Below are positions 10,340-24,859 of a DNA stretch of 64,000 bases, piece after piece. Source of the stretch: Eledone cirrhosa (taxonomy: Eukaryota); contig OZ024740.1 of assembly GCA_964016885.1 (NCBI GenBank), positions 287,494,001 through 287,558,000 of the forward strand, read 5' to 3'. Each line of letters opens with the position of its first letter. Positions within the stretch are counted from its first letter, which is position 1. A program made the translations under genes and the position numbers. A model generated the notes under the pieces. The model ran no database searches. It was not told where the DNA came from and saw only the letters and a program-made list of their open reading frames with translations.

Positions 10340-10735
10340 AACACAGATCAAACAAAACACTATACACACACGCAAACGCATGCGCAAAGAAGACAAAATA
10401 AGATAAACTAATAAATAAATATATAAACAGACTAAATAAATATGGCGTAGAAAATACAATGCAACGGGAGGAAACAATAGCACCACTGACGATGTTTCAG
10501 ATGTGCAACGAAAGAACTTTTGATAAACTATATATATGTGTTTGTGTCTATATTGTATCTGTATTATTTTTGACCGTTGGTCAGTCAATGGCAACATTGA
10601 GGAGCGAATAAATTAGATTACCGATATAAAAGACACAGAAGCGAAAAGCGAAAACCAACCAAACAGTGAGTGTGTTCTGTTATTAATTCTGGCAATATTA
10701 CACAAATATGACCCTCCCCAAGTATAACAATATAT
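10340..10735 (+). mobile_element. Penelope-like 3' end (family 2) with degenerate hammerhead at 10483-10522
   Basis: CTGACGA-t-GTTtCA gatg TGcAAC-GAAA-gaac-TT. Shares the GAAAGAACTT and the terminal tgaccctccc.aagtataacaatat with 2126-2325. Ends in (TA)n. Confidence 0.55.
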
Positions 10736-11217
10736 ATATATATATATATATATATTGCACCCTGTGCACCCTGTGCACTCTGTAAAGCAGTTGGTATTAG
10801 GAAGTGCATCCAGTCATAGAAACCATGCCAAAAAAGGTTTGAAAGGACACTAGTTGTTCCTAGAACATGATGGCCACTGCAGAGTATGCCACAATTATAT
10901 ACACTAAGCACACACTGTAAAGTGGTTGGTGATAGGAAGGGCATCCAGCTGTAGAAACAATGCCAAATATGGAATGTATGTAAGGGAGACATGATCCCCG
11001 GCCCATTTGCAAGGTTAATAGCTCCAATTATATACTGACTTGTTCTGTGACGACCCGTCCAACTCATGCCAGCATGCATGCCTGTATGTGTGTGTGTGTG
11101 TGTGTGTATGTATGTGTGTGTATGTATGTCTGTATGTATGTATGTATGGATGGATGCATACATGTATGGATGGATGCATACACGTATGTATGTATGTGTG
11201 TATGTATGTATATATAT

Positions 11218-11486
11218 GTGGGACTGGCTTTGTGCAGTGCCTTTGCTCACTATAAAAGCTTCACGGCACAGGCATTGCTTTATATCTGGAGATCTCTCTG
11301 CACTTGTCGTCACAGGGTACCATGGGCCCAGCACTATGTGTCAATAATTGTCACAAGTGTAGTGTTTGTACCAGAGTTTTCAAGTCGCTGGCTGGACTAA
11401 AGTCACACTCGTTCAGCGCATCGGTAGGGGTTCTCCTACATGGATATAAAGTAGTGGCCGTACTCGAAAACGAGTTGGCAGCCACC
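11218..11486 (+). mobile_element. 5'-truncated copy of the RTE-derived 3' end seen at 3498-3768
   Basis: Near-identical to 3498-3768. Flanked by atgtatgtatatat-like duplications in an (ATGT)n microsatellite. Confidence 0.8.
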
Positions 11487-12127
11487 ATGTATGTATATAT
11501 GTATTTGTGTATATATGGAAGATTTTGGAGGGTCTAGTTCCAAATGTTGGCATACAGGAAAGAATGAACAAGAGAAATGGAAGATACTCTATAATAAACC
11601 AAATTTCCAAATTTACACTCTCACATCAGGAATCTATACTGTTCTAGTTTAACATTCAAAGCTCCCTTGCCCTCAGATGATTATAACTGTCTTCAAAAAA
11701 TAAAAAAAGAATATGCTAAGAAATTTAACACAAGTTTCCACTGAGACTTTTAAAGAATGCTTTGTTACATTTTTTTCCAATTTTGTAGACCATCATCTGG
11801 AAACTGTTATTACCAGTGTAGAACATCCTCCACCAACTCACTAATCCAACAGTTAGCAACAGTCAACTTAAGAATGAAATAACAACAATAAAAAATGGTC
11901 CCCAGGATATCCAGTTGAGAACACACATAAAAAAATGTAGAACAGTCAGTACTGTAGGTAGTACACTAGAATGGTTTTGGTTGTAATAGGGAAAACAAAC
12001 TGAAGAATTAATGAACATAGCAGCATAATAAATATACAATGATATAATATCCATCCATGGGATCTTAACTCCTGTTTGAGTCGTAGTGACACCTTAATGA
12101 TATATGGTGTGTCTTGGGTATGTTTAA

Positions 12128-12339
12128 CCCTTTAACATTTACATTACTCTATATTTACTATTGTATTTTCACAGTAAAGGCTTTACCTCACATAATTATC
12201 TCACATAATATTGAAGCTATGAGATTTTGATATTATTTATTTTGAGAACAATACCATAACAGTGGCCAGTTTTAACCGGTTTGAACAGAAAGAGGTGAGA
12301 GATTTCTGGCCAGATACAGCCGGTTTAAATGCTAAAGGG
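12128..12339 (+). mobile_element. piggyBac-type MITE (~215 bp)
   Basis: TTAA|CCCTTTAaCATTTA...TAAATGCTAAAGGG|TTAA: TIRs and TTAA target duplication. Confidence 0.85.
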
Positions 12340-12558
12340 TTAAACATGGTAAAATCCATCCCTCTTCAAGTAGTAATATAATATAAAGTATATAGAATAT
12401 TATATGTATTATGATATATAATATAAATGTAAATTATAATATAATTATATAATTATATAATTATATAATATGCATATATAATATAATTATAAAATTATAT
12501 GATTATATGATATTCATTATAATATATATCATAATATATAATTATATAATATGCACTA

Positions 12559-12628
<70 letters not shown>

Positions 12629-12830
12629 AAGGCTTCTACAGGCCTAGAACTGTTTCACTTACTGTGGTTACTCCTGATTGAACCCGGGACAACTTATATG
12701 TATATATATTATAATATTATAATATTTAATTATATAATATGTATTTTATAATATAATTATATAATTATATAATTATATAATTTGCATTATAATATATAAT
12801 TATATAATATGCATTATAATATATATATAA

Positions 12831-13016
12831 TAATTGTTTCTACTTATGGCACAAGGCCAGCAATTACCCCAGTACATTACTGGTACTTTATTTTATCGAC
12901 CCCGTAAGGATGAAAGACAAAGTTAACCTCGGCGGGATTTGAACTCAGACTGTAAAGGGACATAACTCTGCTGGAAAGCATGGCGTCCGACCCTCTACTG
13001 ATACTGCCAATCTACC
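12831..13016 (-). mobile_element. tRNA-derived SINE family B
   Basis: Reverse complement has A-box-like tggcagtatcagtag, B-box gagttcaaatcc, central gcctttcatccttacggggtcgataaaataaagtacc (Meta-domain-like) and an (ATT)n tail. More than 10 related copies in the window. Confidence 0.8.
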
Positions 13017-13224
13017 GTATTACTATAATATATATATAATAATATATAATAAACAGAATATATATTATAATTATATTATATATATCCCTGCATGTCTTAG
13101 AGGGGACTAAAAGAGTTGGCACCAGGAAGAGCATCTGGCTGTAAAATATTGTCTCAACCCGTGCCAGCAGGAAAATATGAATATGAATATGATGATGATG
13201 ATGATGATTTATAATATAAATGTA

Positions 13225-13390
13225 TATTGGTTTCTGATTTAGGCACAAGACCAAAAATTTTGGGAAAGTTGACTAAACCAACCCCAGCACATTACTGGAG
13301 CTTTATTTTATTGACCATGTAAGGATGAAAGGCAAAGCTAACTTCGGCAGGATTTGAACTCAGATCGTAAAGGGACGTAACTCTATGCCA
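13225..13390 (-). mobile_element. SINE family B, truncated/diverged
   Basis: aaggatgaaaggcaaagctaacttcggcaggatttgaactcag matches family B. Confidence 0.7.
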
Positions 13391-13667
13391 TAATGTATAA
13401 TACAATATATATTATATAATAATTATATATAATAATTATATTACATCCATTATAATATAGTAAATAATATACAGAATATGGCAGTACACCAATATAGAAA
13501 ACAGTATGTAGCTCAAGAAATATGATAAAAAGTAGTGTTGCACTGCTAACTACCTGGCCAGGAGTTCAAAATTTGCCTCTGAGTAACATGCATAATTCCA
13601 TTTTCTCCAGTTTGAACTGGATGACACAAGTTCTACTCCTACATTACAGTTGGGTGATTGGAATTAA

Positions 13668-13882
13668 CCCTTTAGCATGTACATTACTCTATATTTACTA
13701 TTGTATTTTCATGTTAAAAGCTTTACCTCATATAATTATCTCACATAATATCGTATCTATGAGATTTTGATATTATTTATTTTGAGAACAATACCTTAAC
13801 ATAAGTATGAGTAGACAGTTACTGCCAGTACAGAAAGAGGTGAGAGAATTCTGGCCGGATACACGGTTTAAATGCTAAAGGG
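13668..13882 (+). mobile_element. piggyBac-type MITE
   Basis: TTAA|CCCTTTAGCAT...AATGCTAAAGGG|TTAA, homologous to 12128-12339. Confidence 0.85.
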
Positions 13883-14547
13883 TTAAAGATGGCAGTCAAC
13901 TGTAAAAACAAATGTTCCAAGAGTAAGCCATCTCATTCATATTAGGTTGGAAAAATGAATGTATAAGAGAAAACAAACAAACAAAAACAAAAAGTACTGG
14001 ATTATCACCACTAAAATGGCATTGATTTGACCTGGGTTGATTTAAAGCTAAATAATATTAACCCTTTTGTTACCAACCCAGCCAAAACTGGCTCTAGTTC
14101 TATGAAATAAAGTCAGAGTCTAGAGAACAAAGCATTCTATCCAACGTTCTAATGATATTGCCTATTCACCACACACAGTCCAATATATGGTGGGTTATAA
14201 TAGGAGGTACAGAGTATCAGTTTGAGGATACATTTCCTTTCTGGTCCCTCTTTTTTATAATTTTTTCTTTTTAGATTTGTTCTAGAAGAAGAGAGTGGAG
14301 GAAGCAACCAATCTAAGACTGATGGGATTGACATGGATAATGTTTCTCTAGAACAGTTGCAAGGCAATAGCTATGAGAAAAACATGAGAAGGAGGGAATA
14401 TGAGAGGGCCAAAGTTCTGAGGATGTAGCGGTTAGTATAAGGACTTGAGGAAGAATACAGTATGAATGTTGAGAGGAAAAGAAATAAGTGTCAGGAGTGT
14501 CTGAATGCATGTTGTCAAAGACTAGTTATCACTGAGGAGCAGAGGCT

Positions 14548-14592
<45 letters not shown>

Positions 14593-14643
14593 ATAGTAGT
14601 AGTAGTGGTGGTGGTGGTGGTGGTGGTGGTGGTGGTGGTGGTG

Positions 14644-14714
<71 letters not shown>

Positions 14715-14715
14715 G

Positions 14716-14778
<63 letters not shown>

Positions 14779-14792
14779 ATAGTAATAGTAGT
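14548..14792. repeat. Compound (TAG)n/(TGG)n microsatellite
   Basis: Directly visible; produces the poly-V/T/L/Y ORFs. Confidence 0.95.
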
Positions 14793-15956
14793 AAAGACAC
14801 GGAGAGGAAACAACATGACCCTGAGCTATAAAATGGAGCATGTTATGGGATCTTCATACCATGCAGCTGGAGAACTTTTTTCAGATGCAGCCTAGGATAT
14901 CTGAATATGTAGCAGCAGCTCTGTCCCAGGTGTAGAGTAGAGCTCAATTGTGGGTTTTTTCACTTTGTTGAAGGTTATTAGTTGTTGGGAGTTGAAATAT
15001 TTTCTACCCCTGGAGAAGAAGTTTCAGTCTTTATAATGCAGTTGAGGATATGCAATGGTGAGTCCTAGCATTTGTAGTGACATTAAGGGATATAGGTGTA
15101 TGCTGTTCATATTAAAAGTAGATGGGGTACAATAATCAATCCTTGATATGTGTCATAATTGAATCTTTCTGCTGATCAACTCGGTCAGAGCCAAACAACT
15201 CTCCCACTCAATTTAGACAAACACGAGAAAAATACAGTTCACAAAAATAGCAGCACAAATAACCTCATTAGTGCAGAAGAACAGCAATAACAACAGCAGC
15301 ATCACATATTTCAGTAATTCTGATATTTATATGAAATATACTGTGTGGGATTTTCTTGAAACAATGTATTAAAATAAGATCATTAGAATCAGAGATAGTC
15401 CATTAGGTTATTTGTAGCATCAACAAACAAAACATACCATAGAAAGAATCAAATGACATTCCACAATTTAACAGTTGTGTGGAATAAACAAATTTTATTG
15501 TAGTAGTAAAATAAACCACAAGAGCCTGAGGAAACTAGCAACAGTCTGCATCAGCAAAAATCATTTCAGTAAAGTTCCTAAAATAGTATAAGTTTCTGTA
15601 TTGTAAGGAGAAAAAAATTGTTAAAGTTTTTGGATATGTCCCTTTGTCAAAGAAGAAATGTTAAGTTTGTTGGGTGATTGTAATTAGGGCTGAAGCATAT
15701 AAGAAAGATGTATCAAGAGATGACCCAGTAGAGAGAGTAGTGGTCAAAAGTCACTATTGTAGGATAAAATATGTGGTATGTATCAAATATTTAATGAAAA
15801 TGATACTAAATATTATATAAGCATCAATTTGAGATAGCAAAAGACAACAGGTCAGTTGATGGGACTTAAACTACTTATATATGGCTTTCTAAACATTAGT
15901 CATATTACAGAACACCTGTTTAAAATGCGTGATATTTTAATGTATGACCATGCTAG

Positions 15957-16105
15957 AGTGCATGGCTTTGTGGTTAGAGCACTGGGGTTGCAATTAGGAG
16001 GCTGTGAGTTTGATTCTAGGATTAGGTGATGCATTGTGTCCTTGAGTAAGACACTTTATTTCACATTGCTCCAGTTTACTCAGCTGTAGAAATGAGTTGC
16101 AACAG
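15957..16105 (+). mobile_element. tRNA/CORE-like SINE family A head, diverged
   Basis: catggctttgtggttagagcactgg...tgtgtccttgagtaagacactttatttcacattgctccagtttactcagctgtagaaatgag matches 29173-29308. Confidence 0.75.
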
Positions 16106-17133
16106 CTGCATTTGCCATTGTCTTTCCCTTGGACAACATTGGTGGTGTGGATGTTTATGCAGGTGCGGTGAGCTGCATATATTCCAGCCATTAGAAAAGG
16201 CAAAATTAATGCTTCACCTTCAAAAGGGGGATGACTCAAGAAGAAGTAGAATGTTAGTGCAGGTAGTTGACAGAGTGTTAGACTAAATGCATTATGATAT
16301 TTAGTTCTGATATTTGATATTCTGAATTTAAATATTCTGAAAGTCACTTTTCAGAGTTTTAGAGTTAATAAACTACATTTGTTGAATTAACCAAACAAAC
16401 ATCCTTTCCTACAAAATAAATAGATCATCATATCTGTTCATCACAAGGTGAAGGCCTCCCTAAGTCATTGCCAATTGCTACTATCCTATACCACTCTTGT
16501 CAACGTAGTACCCATACACTTATTAATCTCATCTCTGTATCTCATCCTTTGTTTTCCTTGACTACACAAATCTGTCCTCATTGGTCTCCAATCCATACAC
16601 AGTTTTGTCCATCTCTTGTCATTTTTTCATGTTATATGCACTGTCTGAATTCCAATTTCTTTTTCTTAATGTTTTATGATGTCTCTCTTATCCATTGACA
16701 AGTATTTCTGTGCTTTTTAGTGTTTCATGACAGGCCACTTTCCATATTTCTTTGCAATGTTTGATTGGTAAATCAAATGACATCATGAAGAGTAAGGTAT
16801 CACCATGCAGAGTGTTTGACAAGTGTATTATACCAACAATGACTTTTAGGAGCAAATATATAGTTCATAACCAAATAGATATATTTAGTTATCAACTATT
16901 GTTGTTGCTATAGTTTAGCCTGTGGTAAACCTTAGTCAAGATAGGTTGGCTTAAAAGATCTATTAAAGGCCTACAAGAAGTGTTCCAGTTGTGAACATCA
17001 AATTTTATATTCAGAAATAGTATATCAAGGACTACATTTCCAAATGGTAACATGTGGTTTGTGGGAGATTTCGCTGTTATTTTTAGAAAGGTGAATGACC
17101 ACACTTAAGAAGATAAAATACTCTGCCAAGATG

Positions 17134-17510
17134 ACTCATTCAATGTCTAAAGACTCTATCAGTATGACTTTTTTATTGTCTAAAGACTCTATCAGTATGA
17201 GTTATTTAATGTCTAAAGACTCTATCAGTATGACTTATTCAATGTTTAAAGACTCTATCAGTATGAGTTATTTAATGTCTAAAGACTCTATCAGTATGAC
17301 TTATTTATTCTCTAAAGACTCTATCAGTAAGTCTTATTTAATGTCTAAAGATTCTATCAGTATGACTTATTCAATGTCTAAAGACTTTATCTGTATGAGT
17401 TATTTAATGTCTAAAGACTTTATCAGTATGACTTATTCAATGTCTAAAGATTCTATCAGTATGACTTATTTAATGTCTGAAGATTCTATCAGCGTCTAAA
17501 AGCTCTATTA
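17134..17510. repeat. 33-bp minisatellite, ~11 copies
   Basis: Unit ~atgtctaaagactctatcagtatgacttattca. The 11-aa periodicity in ORF 17095-17499 reflects it. Confidence 0.9.
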
Positions 17511-19866
17511 AAGTGGCCCATTTAATCTCTGAAGGCACTTCCAAGATGGTTTATTAGCATCTAAAAACTCCATTGGATAGGTCATTTAGTATATAAATCA
17601 AATCAAAAACTGAAATAATACATAATACATATGAAACAAACAGATCACATGTATAAATATTTCAATTTCACTTAATTCCACTGTGTTATATTATTTACAA
17701 GGGTGGTGGAATGGCAAAATGGGTAGAGCATCGAACTAAATGGCTTTTACTATATAATTACATCCCTTTACATCTTGAGTTCAAGTTCCACCTTGGTGGA
17801 TTTCACCTGCCATCCATATACGATTAATAAAACAAGTACCAGTCAAGTATCAGGTTAATATGATCAACTATAAAATACGCCCAAGTGGGTGACCTTGCCC
17901 CCTCTGTTAGAAATCATATTACATAATTGTGATATATACTCCAGACTAGGGTGTTTTCTAGAATTGTCATTAAAGTACTTGTCAAGCATGACTTACACAA
18001 CGTACAAGTGAGTGTATCCTTCTTATAAATATAACTTGTTATAAAAATAACCAAATTATTTGGTATGTTGTTGTTTAGCATCATCTCCGCCTCCATCAAA
18101 GGCATTCCTGACGTGGCCATCCTGTACCTTTGTGTATTAGAGGCTACATTGTCTAATGTGTCCTTTTTTAAAAAAGACATTGGGAAAACATTAGAAAGAG
18201 ATTTGACTGTTATTTTAGCAAGTTGAACAATCATGAATAAGCTCCCACAGTAGTATTTGTCATAGCGTATTTGCTGTTGGTATTGTTGTTCATGTTATTC
18301 TTTATCCAGTTCTAGCCTTACTTCCTCCCTTTTAGTCCAAATGTAGTGTAAATAGGATTACTTTATCGAAAATGCCCTTCCTTTTTCAAAGCAGCAGATT
18401 GTAATTTGTGGGAGATTTGGTTGCTATTCCTGGCAAAGTGAGTGACTGTATAAAGGTTCCCTCATTAGTTTAACTGACTTCATTCTTTTGTTGTATCATC
18501 CTTAATTAATTCTATTTCATATTATTTATGTGTTACACCTCCATAAAATATACACCAAGCTAGGGTGTATATTTTATATAATATATCATTCATCATATCT
18601 CAAAAGAAAGACAATCTATTCCCTAATCTTTTTCCAAGTCTATTTGAAGTGAAATACTTACCCTATGCCTTCATTAACTCTACATCCGGAATTATCTAAA
18701 CACCTTAGATTGCAAAAATGTTCCTCTTCTATTTCCAACAAACCATTCCAGAAGTTTTCCTAAATGCTTAGTCATTAGGAAGTGATAAACCTTATACTGA
18801 ACCTTGTTGGTTATGTTTCCACCGAGAGGAAGGAAAAGAGGAAATTCATGTCATTGGTAATGTTGGTATGATTGAAATGATATGACAGGAAATTCATTAG
18901 GTAAGTTTTCTTTAAGAACATAAATTAAAGGATGGGACAAAGCTTGCCACTCTTTGGTCAAGTAATAATAGAAACCACTTCAACTGATAAAGCATCTAAA
19001 GTGATACGTATTAATGAATGATTTAAACTGAATTCTAAGAATGTAAATAGCTCAGAGGTCAATGCAACAGGACATGAACTAAATTGTGTGAGTGTATATT
19101 ACACTGTATGCTTACTCATAGTTCTTTTTCATATAAGTGATAGAAAAACTATGAAAATAAATGTGATAGTATGGGAGCCTCTATGCAGTCACTCACTCTT
19201 CTAGAAATAGCAGTCAATTCTCCATACCATTTTAAAAAAAGGTAACAACACATTAGATAATGTAGACTTAGATACCTCTAAATCATCAATGTGGAAGTAG
19301 TATGAGGGCCATATAGAACTGTGTACATTTAAGTAACAGAGAATAACAACCACAAAAGAGGTAAGGTGAATAGAAAATGGGATAGTTTTATAACATTTGA
19401 GAACTTGAGGAATTTGGAGAGCAGCAAGGAAAGATGAACTTAGCAGAATGGAGAAGAGAAACTTTCATCCAGAGTAATTGGATGTTTTTGTTCCTGAGAG
19501 TGAGTTAATTCCACATGAACCTAAGTACCAATTTTTCAAAAGAAGTCGAAATATTGAGATGGGTTAGATAAGAAATGTGATAAAGATAAAATTTGAGAAA
19601 TTTCTATCTCAGCAGTGGATATCTAAATTCCAAATAGGAGCTGTAGATTTGTAAAATTCACGACTGACCAATTCAGCAAAGTGCTGGCCTGATGATCAAA
19701 CAGTTGATTATACATAACCCAGCAACAGCACTGTGCTGTTTCTATGGCCAACAGATTCATTTTATCTTTTAACTGTAAATTGGTACCATATATAGGTACA
19801 GTTTACTAATATAAGTAGCAGGAATACTAAATTATAGGCAAGTGTTTCATAGGATTATTGTATTAT

Positions 19867-20025
19867 AGGCAGCGAATTGGCAGAGTCATTATAACATCAG
19901 ATAGAATTCTTTATGGTATTCGTTCTGACTCTCTGCTCTCTGGGTTCAAATCCTGCCGAGGTCAACTTTGTCTTTCATCCTTTTGAGGTCAATAAAAAAA
20001 AGTACCAGTTTAGTACTGAGGTTGA
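19867..20025 (+). mobile_element. SINE family B, diverged
   Basis: ttggcagagtc...gggttcaaatcctgccgaggtcaactttgtctttcatcc...aagtaccag. Confidence 0.7.
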
Positions 20026-21821
20026 TTCTTCTTCTCTCTAGAAGAAATCTGCTGTACTCAGGCTTGGAGAGGGATTGGCTCCACCAGGCTTAAAATGCCC
20101 AAGTAACGCTGTATGTCAATACAGCACCTCTACGACTCTATCAGGAGTTACAGGACCATACATTATACTGTAGTATAACTAGGAAAGAGAAATACTGAGA
20201 CAAATGTTACTTTTGCAGTTTCTATAGAATGACAGTCTATAGAATGTCTGTAGAAAGTCAATAAAATGCTTGTAGAATGTTTATAAAATGTTTGTAGAAT
20301 GTTGATAAAATGCTTATAGGCATAACCAGAATGAAGTGGCTTAGTCCATAACATTTGCAGACTCTCTAACATTGGTCAGAATGATGTGGTTGATGTTCAG
20401 TTTGAAGTTGTGTAAGTTGATAACTGCAAGAAGAGAGACAGGTGGGTCAGAGTTGAAGTGATATGGGACAAGCTAGTTAAGAAATATAGAGACTATTGTA
20501 GAAGTAATAGAACAGACAGAGATAGGAGGCAGTAAGCTGGAGTTGTAGTGTGTTGAGGAGTGAATCTTTGCCTTCTTTTGGACGTGGTCTGGAATGTAAA
20601 CATAACCTCAGCTTTATAGACAATCAGCAATTGATCAAAACTGAAGTATTTTATGGTTTTACAAAGGAAAATTAGTCTTTGAAATGCAACATTAGCTGTG
20701 TTATTTATGTGAAGTTGTTAGAAAGTATTATCAGAGATTATGAGGCCTAGCATTTGTATCAATTTTGAAGGTTTTAATTACTTATTGACCAATATAAGGG
20801 TGAGTATAAGACACAGTTACTTTCTTGATAAGCATAGTGATTGTGTCTTTGTGCTATCAAAAGATACTAGATAGTTATGGTTTAGTTATAAGATGCTTTT
20901 GATGTTTTTGTTCATGGAGACAGTGCAAGTTTCATCTAGATTGCATATAGTATATAAATTGCATACAGATAATGTTTGCACAAGGAAGATGAAAGAAGAA
21001 AGAAGAAGAAATGAGTATGCATTATTAAAGGTGACATCTAGAAGGTTATTATTGGAGTATGCGGGACATAATTGAGTCTTGAAACACACTAGAGTTGATA
21101 GAGTGTGATCTGGTGTGACAGGAAGCTTCCAATTGAAGTGGCAAGTGACAGCTAGGAGATTGGTTATGTATTAGTAAAATGTCTATAGAATGTCTGAAGA
21201 CTTTATATAGAATCTTTGTAAAATGTTTATGGAGTGTCTGTAGGAGTTCTATAAAATAAGTGCATAGAATGCTTATAGAATGAGTGTATAGAATAACTAT
21301 AAAATAAGAGTATAGAATATCTATAATATTAGTATAGGGAATGTATTTACAATGAGTCATTCTGTGTGCTTGGGTGTACACAAGTCTAAATGTTATAGTG
21401 TTTGTGTATGAGTAAAAGAGAAATATGAACCCATATCTCTCAATTAAGGCCCTTAAGTATTTCTGTATTTCTCATAACCCACTTACTAAGTCTGTTTTCC
21501 TTTCTCTTTCATGAACTTATTAGACAAAATCATTTGGCCACCATAGAATTTATGGTTCTACATGGCTCCCTCTTCCCCCTCTCTTTCCATCACACACACA
21601 CATTCATATATAGATGTAAATCTGTATACATATTGTTTTTCAAGCAATCTGAATTTAATATGTATGATTTGGTTTCAGTGTTGGACAAAGTTAGTAATAG
21701 ATATAATATTTTCTAAAAATGGAAAAGACAAATATATATATATATATATATACAGTTTGTAATTCTAGTTTGTAATTCCAAATATATTTTATATGCCAGC
21801 ATGGAAAAATGGATATAAAAT

Positions 21822-21892
21822 GATAATGATGATGATGACGATGACGATGATGATGGTGATGATGATGATGATGATGATAATGATGATGATGG

Positions 21893-21929
<37 letters not shown>

Positions 21930-21930
21930 A
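21822..21930. repeat. (GAT)n microsatellite (likely an expanded RTE-type tail)
   Basis: Preceded by catggaaaaatggatataaaa, similar to RTE tails. Confidence 0.85.
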
Positions 21931-22231
21931 GTGATATATACATAAATATGTGTGCATGTAGCATTTGTAAGTTTGTGTAATATTTCAAATAAATAGGTGT
22001 TGGTTATTTTACATAGAAACCATTATTGCTATTATTGGCTAGCAAATTTCAAATGGCCTGAAGAATCCTGAAGACTCATTTTAGCCCTTTTGATAACAAC
22101 CTACTGTCGTAGACTTAATGAAAACAATATATTGATTGAATAAAAATATTACATGATGGACCTTTCATTCGTTTCAACGATAAACATTCAGTTATTCAAT
22201 CAACTGAACTATTGAGTTGCTAAAGAGGAAA

Positions 22232-22265
<34 letters not shown>

Positions 22266-23251
22266 AGAAGGGGAAGAAACAGAGAGAAAGACGAATCAGT
22301 TCTAGTACTGAACTGGTACGATATCAGTTATCAACTCCCAAAGGATGAAAGGCATTGACCTTGGAGGAATTTGAATTTAATGTGCAGAGACCCGACACAA
22401 ACACTGTAAAACACTCTATCCAGGGCTCTAATGACTTTGTCAATTTACTTTGCCATGCAGATAAGATTGTATGTTTTCATCTCACTTCATGAATAAACTA
22501 TTCATGTAATTTCACCATACTGCTGATAGGGTTCTTAAACTTACTGTATGCACAATCAGCAAAATATTTAATTAATTTAATCATACATCACTAAATCTTA
22601 CACTGTTAACCATACCTTATTAGATTAACTAATTAATTAATTAATTAATTTATTTATTTATTCTGTAGAATATGTAAATTTATTTAGTTAGGAAAATTTT
22701 AAGTTCAAATTTGTCATTAAGTAAATATTTACCCTTAACTCTCTGTACATTTGTTTGAGTATGTGTGTATGTGCATGTGTGTGTGTGTGTGCGTGTACAC
22801 GTGCGTGTGTGTGTGAAGGCACGCAGTGAGACATGCGCCTTGAATGTAGATCTGTGGCAGCTGGAAAGAAATGAGGCAAGCTCTGCTGGATGTGTAATGT
22901 CAATATGTATGAACAACTGAGTATAAATGAGTTGAGAGAAAATCTGGGTGTGAGAGAAATCAGATGTATTGTACATGACAGAAGGCTGTGGTGACATGGG
23001 ACACATGATGCATATGGAGGATGCCAGTTGTATAGAAGGAAATATGTGATGAAGGCTAATTACAAGAAGCTGAACTTCACCTCAGAGATTACAAGGGACT
23101 ATGATGATTGACAGTATGCAATCCTAAAGTATAAGCAAGGCTTCTGATATTGTCCTCTTCCACCTAATGCTCCATGCATCACTAACATGTAGTGAGATGT
23201 GGCACCTGGCTTATTTTCCCCCATTCTTTTCCACATTATTATTAAAGAATA

Positions 23252-23654
23252 GTGAATTGGCAGTATTGGTAGAGCATCAAACACTATGCCTTGTGGCTTA
23301 GAGTTATGGCCCTTTACGTTCTGAGTTCATATCCTGCCAAGGTTAGCTTTGCCTTTTATCCATATGGGGTCGATAAAATAAAGCGCCATTAATGCACTGG
23401 GGTTGATTTAATTGACTTTCCCTCACCCAAATTTGCTGGCCTTGTGCCTAATTCAGAAACCAGTGGATTGGCAGTATCGGTAGAGGGTCGGACGCCCTGC
23501 TTTGACGCATAGAGTTACCGCCCTTGCCATTCTGAGTTCAAATCCCGCCGAGGTTAACTTTGTCTTTCATCCTTACGGGGTCGATAAAATAAAGTACCAG
23601 TAATGCACTGGGTAATTGCTGGCCTTGTGCCTAAAGTAGAAACAATTATTATTA
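23252..23654 (+). mobile_element. Two tandem SINE family B copies (~23252-23462 and ~23464-23654)
   Basis: Each has tggcagtat.ggtagag, gagttca.atcc.gcc.aggt, the central domain and the ggccttgtgcctaa end. Confidence 0.8.
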
Positions 23655-24859
23655 TGTCTGTCACTGTACATCTACTCCACCAACCAACTATCTCTTTATC
23701 TACTTCCCATCTTAACAATGTTTCTCCTTTGACAACCATAGTTTTCCTCTCTTCTCTTTCTACTATGTCATTAACCTCTCTGCTGGCCACTAACCCATTA
23801 ACCTCTCTTCTCCATATGTCTTTAGTCATCCACCAATGCTGCTATTTACTCCTATACAGCTCTTCTCCATGCTTCTCCTGTTGTGTTGTTATCTATTCAT
23901 CCTCTTACCAGCAGTTACTATGTAGCCCTATCATTCAGTCTATTTTACATAACCACATTTATCTACTATGCTTCTTCCATCTCTGCTCTTGATTTCATTT
24001 GCCCTAGAATAAGGTGACCTTTTCTATAGCCTCCATTACCTATCAAACTCCATCATATTAACCATTGGACATATCAGCCTTGGAACCAAGTACACTCCTT
24101 AGAGTGAGTACCAGTACACTCAGTAAAATGGTTGGAATTTGGGTAGGGCATCCAGCTGTAGAAATCAGGCCAAAGACTAGAGAGAGCTCTACAGTCCCCT
24201 CAAGCATATGCAAGGACATAACAGTCTCTATAATGCTAGTATCATGATAAAATGCACCTAGTACACCCGGTAAAGTGTTTTTCATTAGGAAAGGCATCCA
24301 GTCATAGAAGCCTTGCCAAAAATAAAACATATTGAGTGAAACGTAGATCCTAACCTATCTAGGAAAACAATAACTCTGATTAAGTACCAGACTGATCTGT
24401 AACAATCAATCCAACCCATGCTAACAAGAAAATGGACATAAAATGATAATGATGATGATATACGAAACTCTGGAAACTTTGGAGTCACTGCCAAGCTTTT
24501 CTTTGTAAAATTGAATTTTCGACTCTATTAACACATACTGAGTTGAATGTTATATATAAAATACTCACAATACGTATGTACAGGATTCGTCAGTCTTTTG
24601 AGGATATTTGCATGAATTTAGAAAAAGACGCATTGCATATAAAAGAAATGGTATATTTAGATACCAATTGGTACAAATATTATTTACAATACATTTATGA
24701 TATATATTTAATGAATTCTCCATTAGCTTCAATACATGGTCCTAAGTGTTGGTATGCCCGAATCAGAGGACCTCTTTTAATACAGCACATTGTGCTAGTA
24801 AAGGTGGACTTGAGAGATTCTGTAGTGTTGCAAGGGTAATGATTTATCCCTCTTTCAAA

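Noticed and set aside
14515-14895. Poly-Y/L/T/V ORFs
   Set aside because: Trinucleotide microsatellite.
17095-17499. 134-aa ORF with 11-aa repeats; also superficially CRISPR-like
   Set aside because: A contiguous 33-bp minisatellite with no unique spacers. The frame stays open because the unit is a multiple of 3, and there is no splice or homology support.
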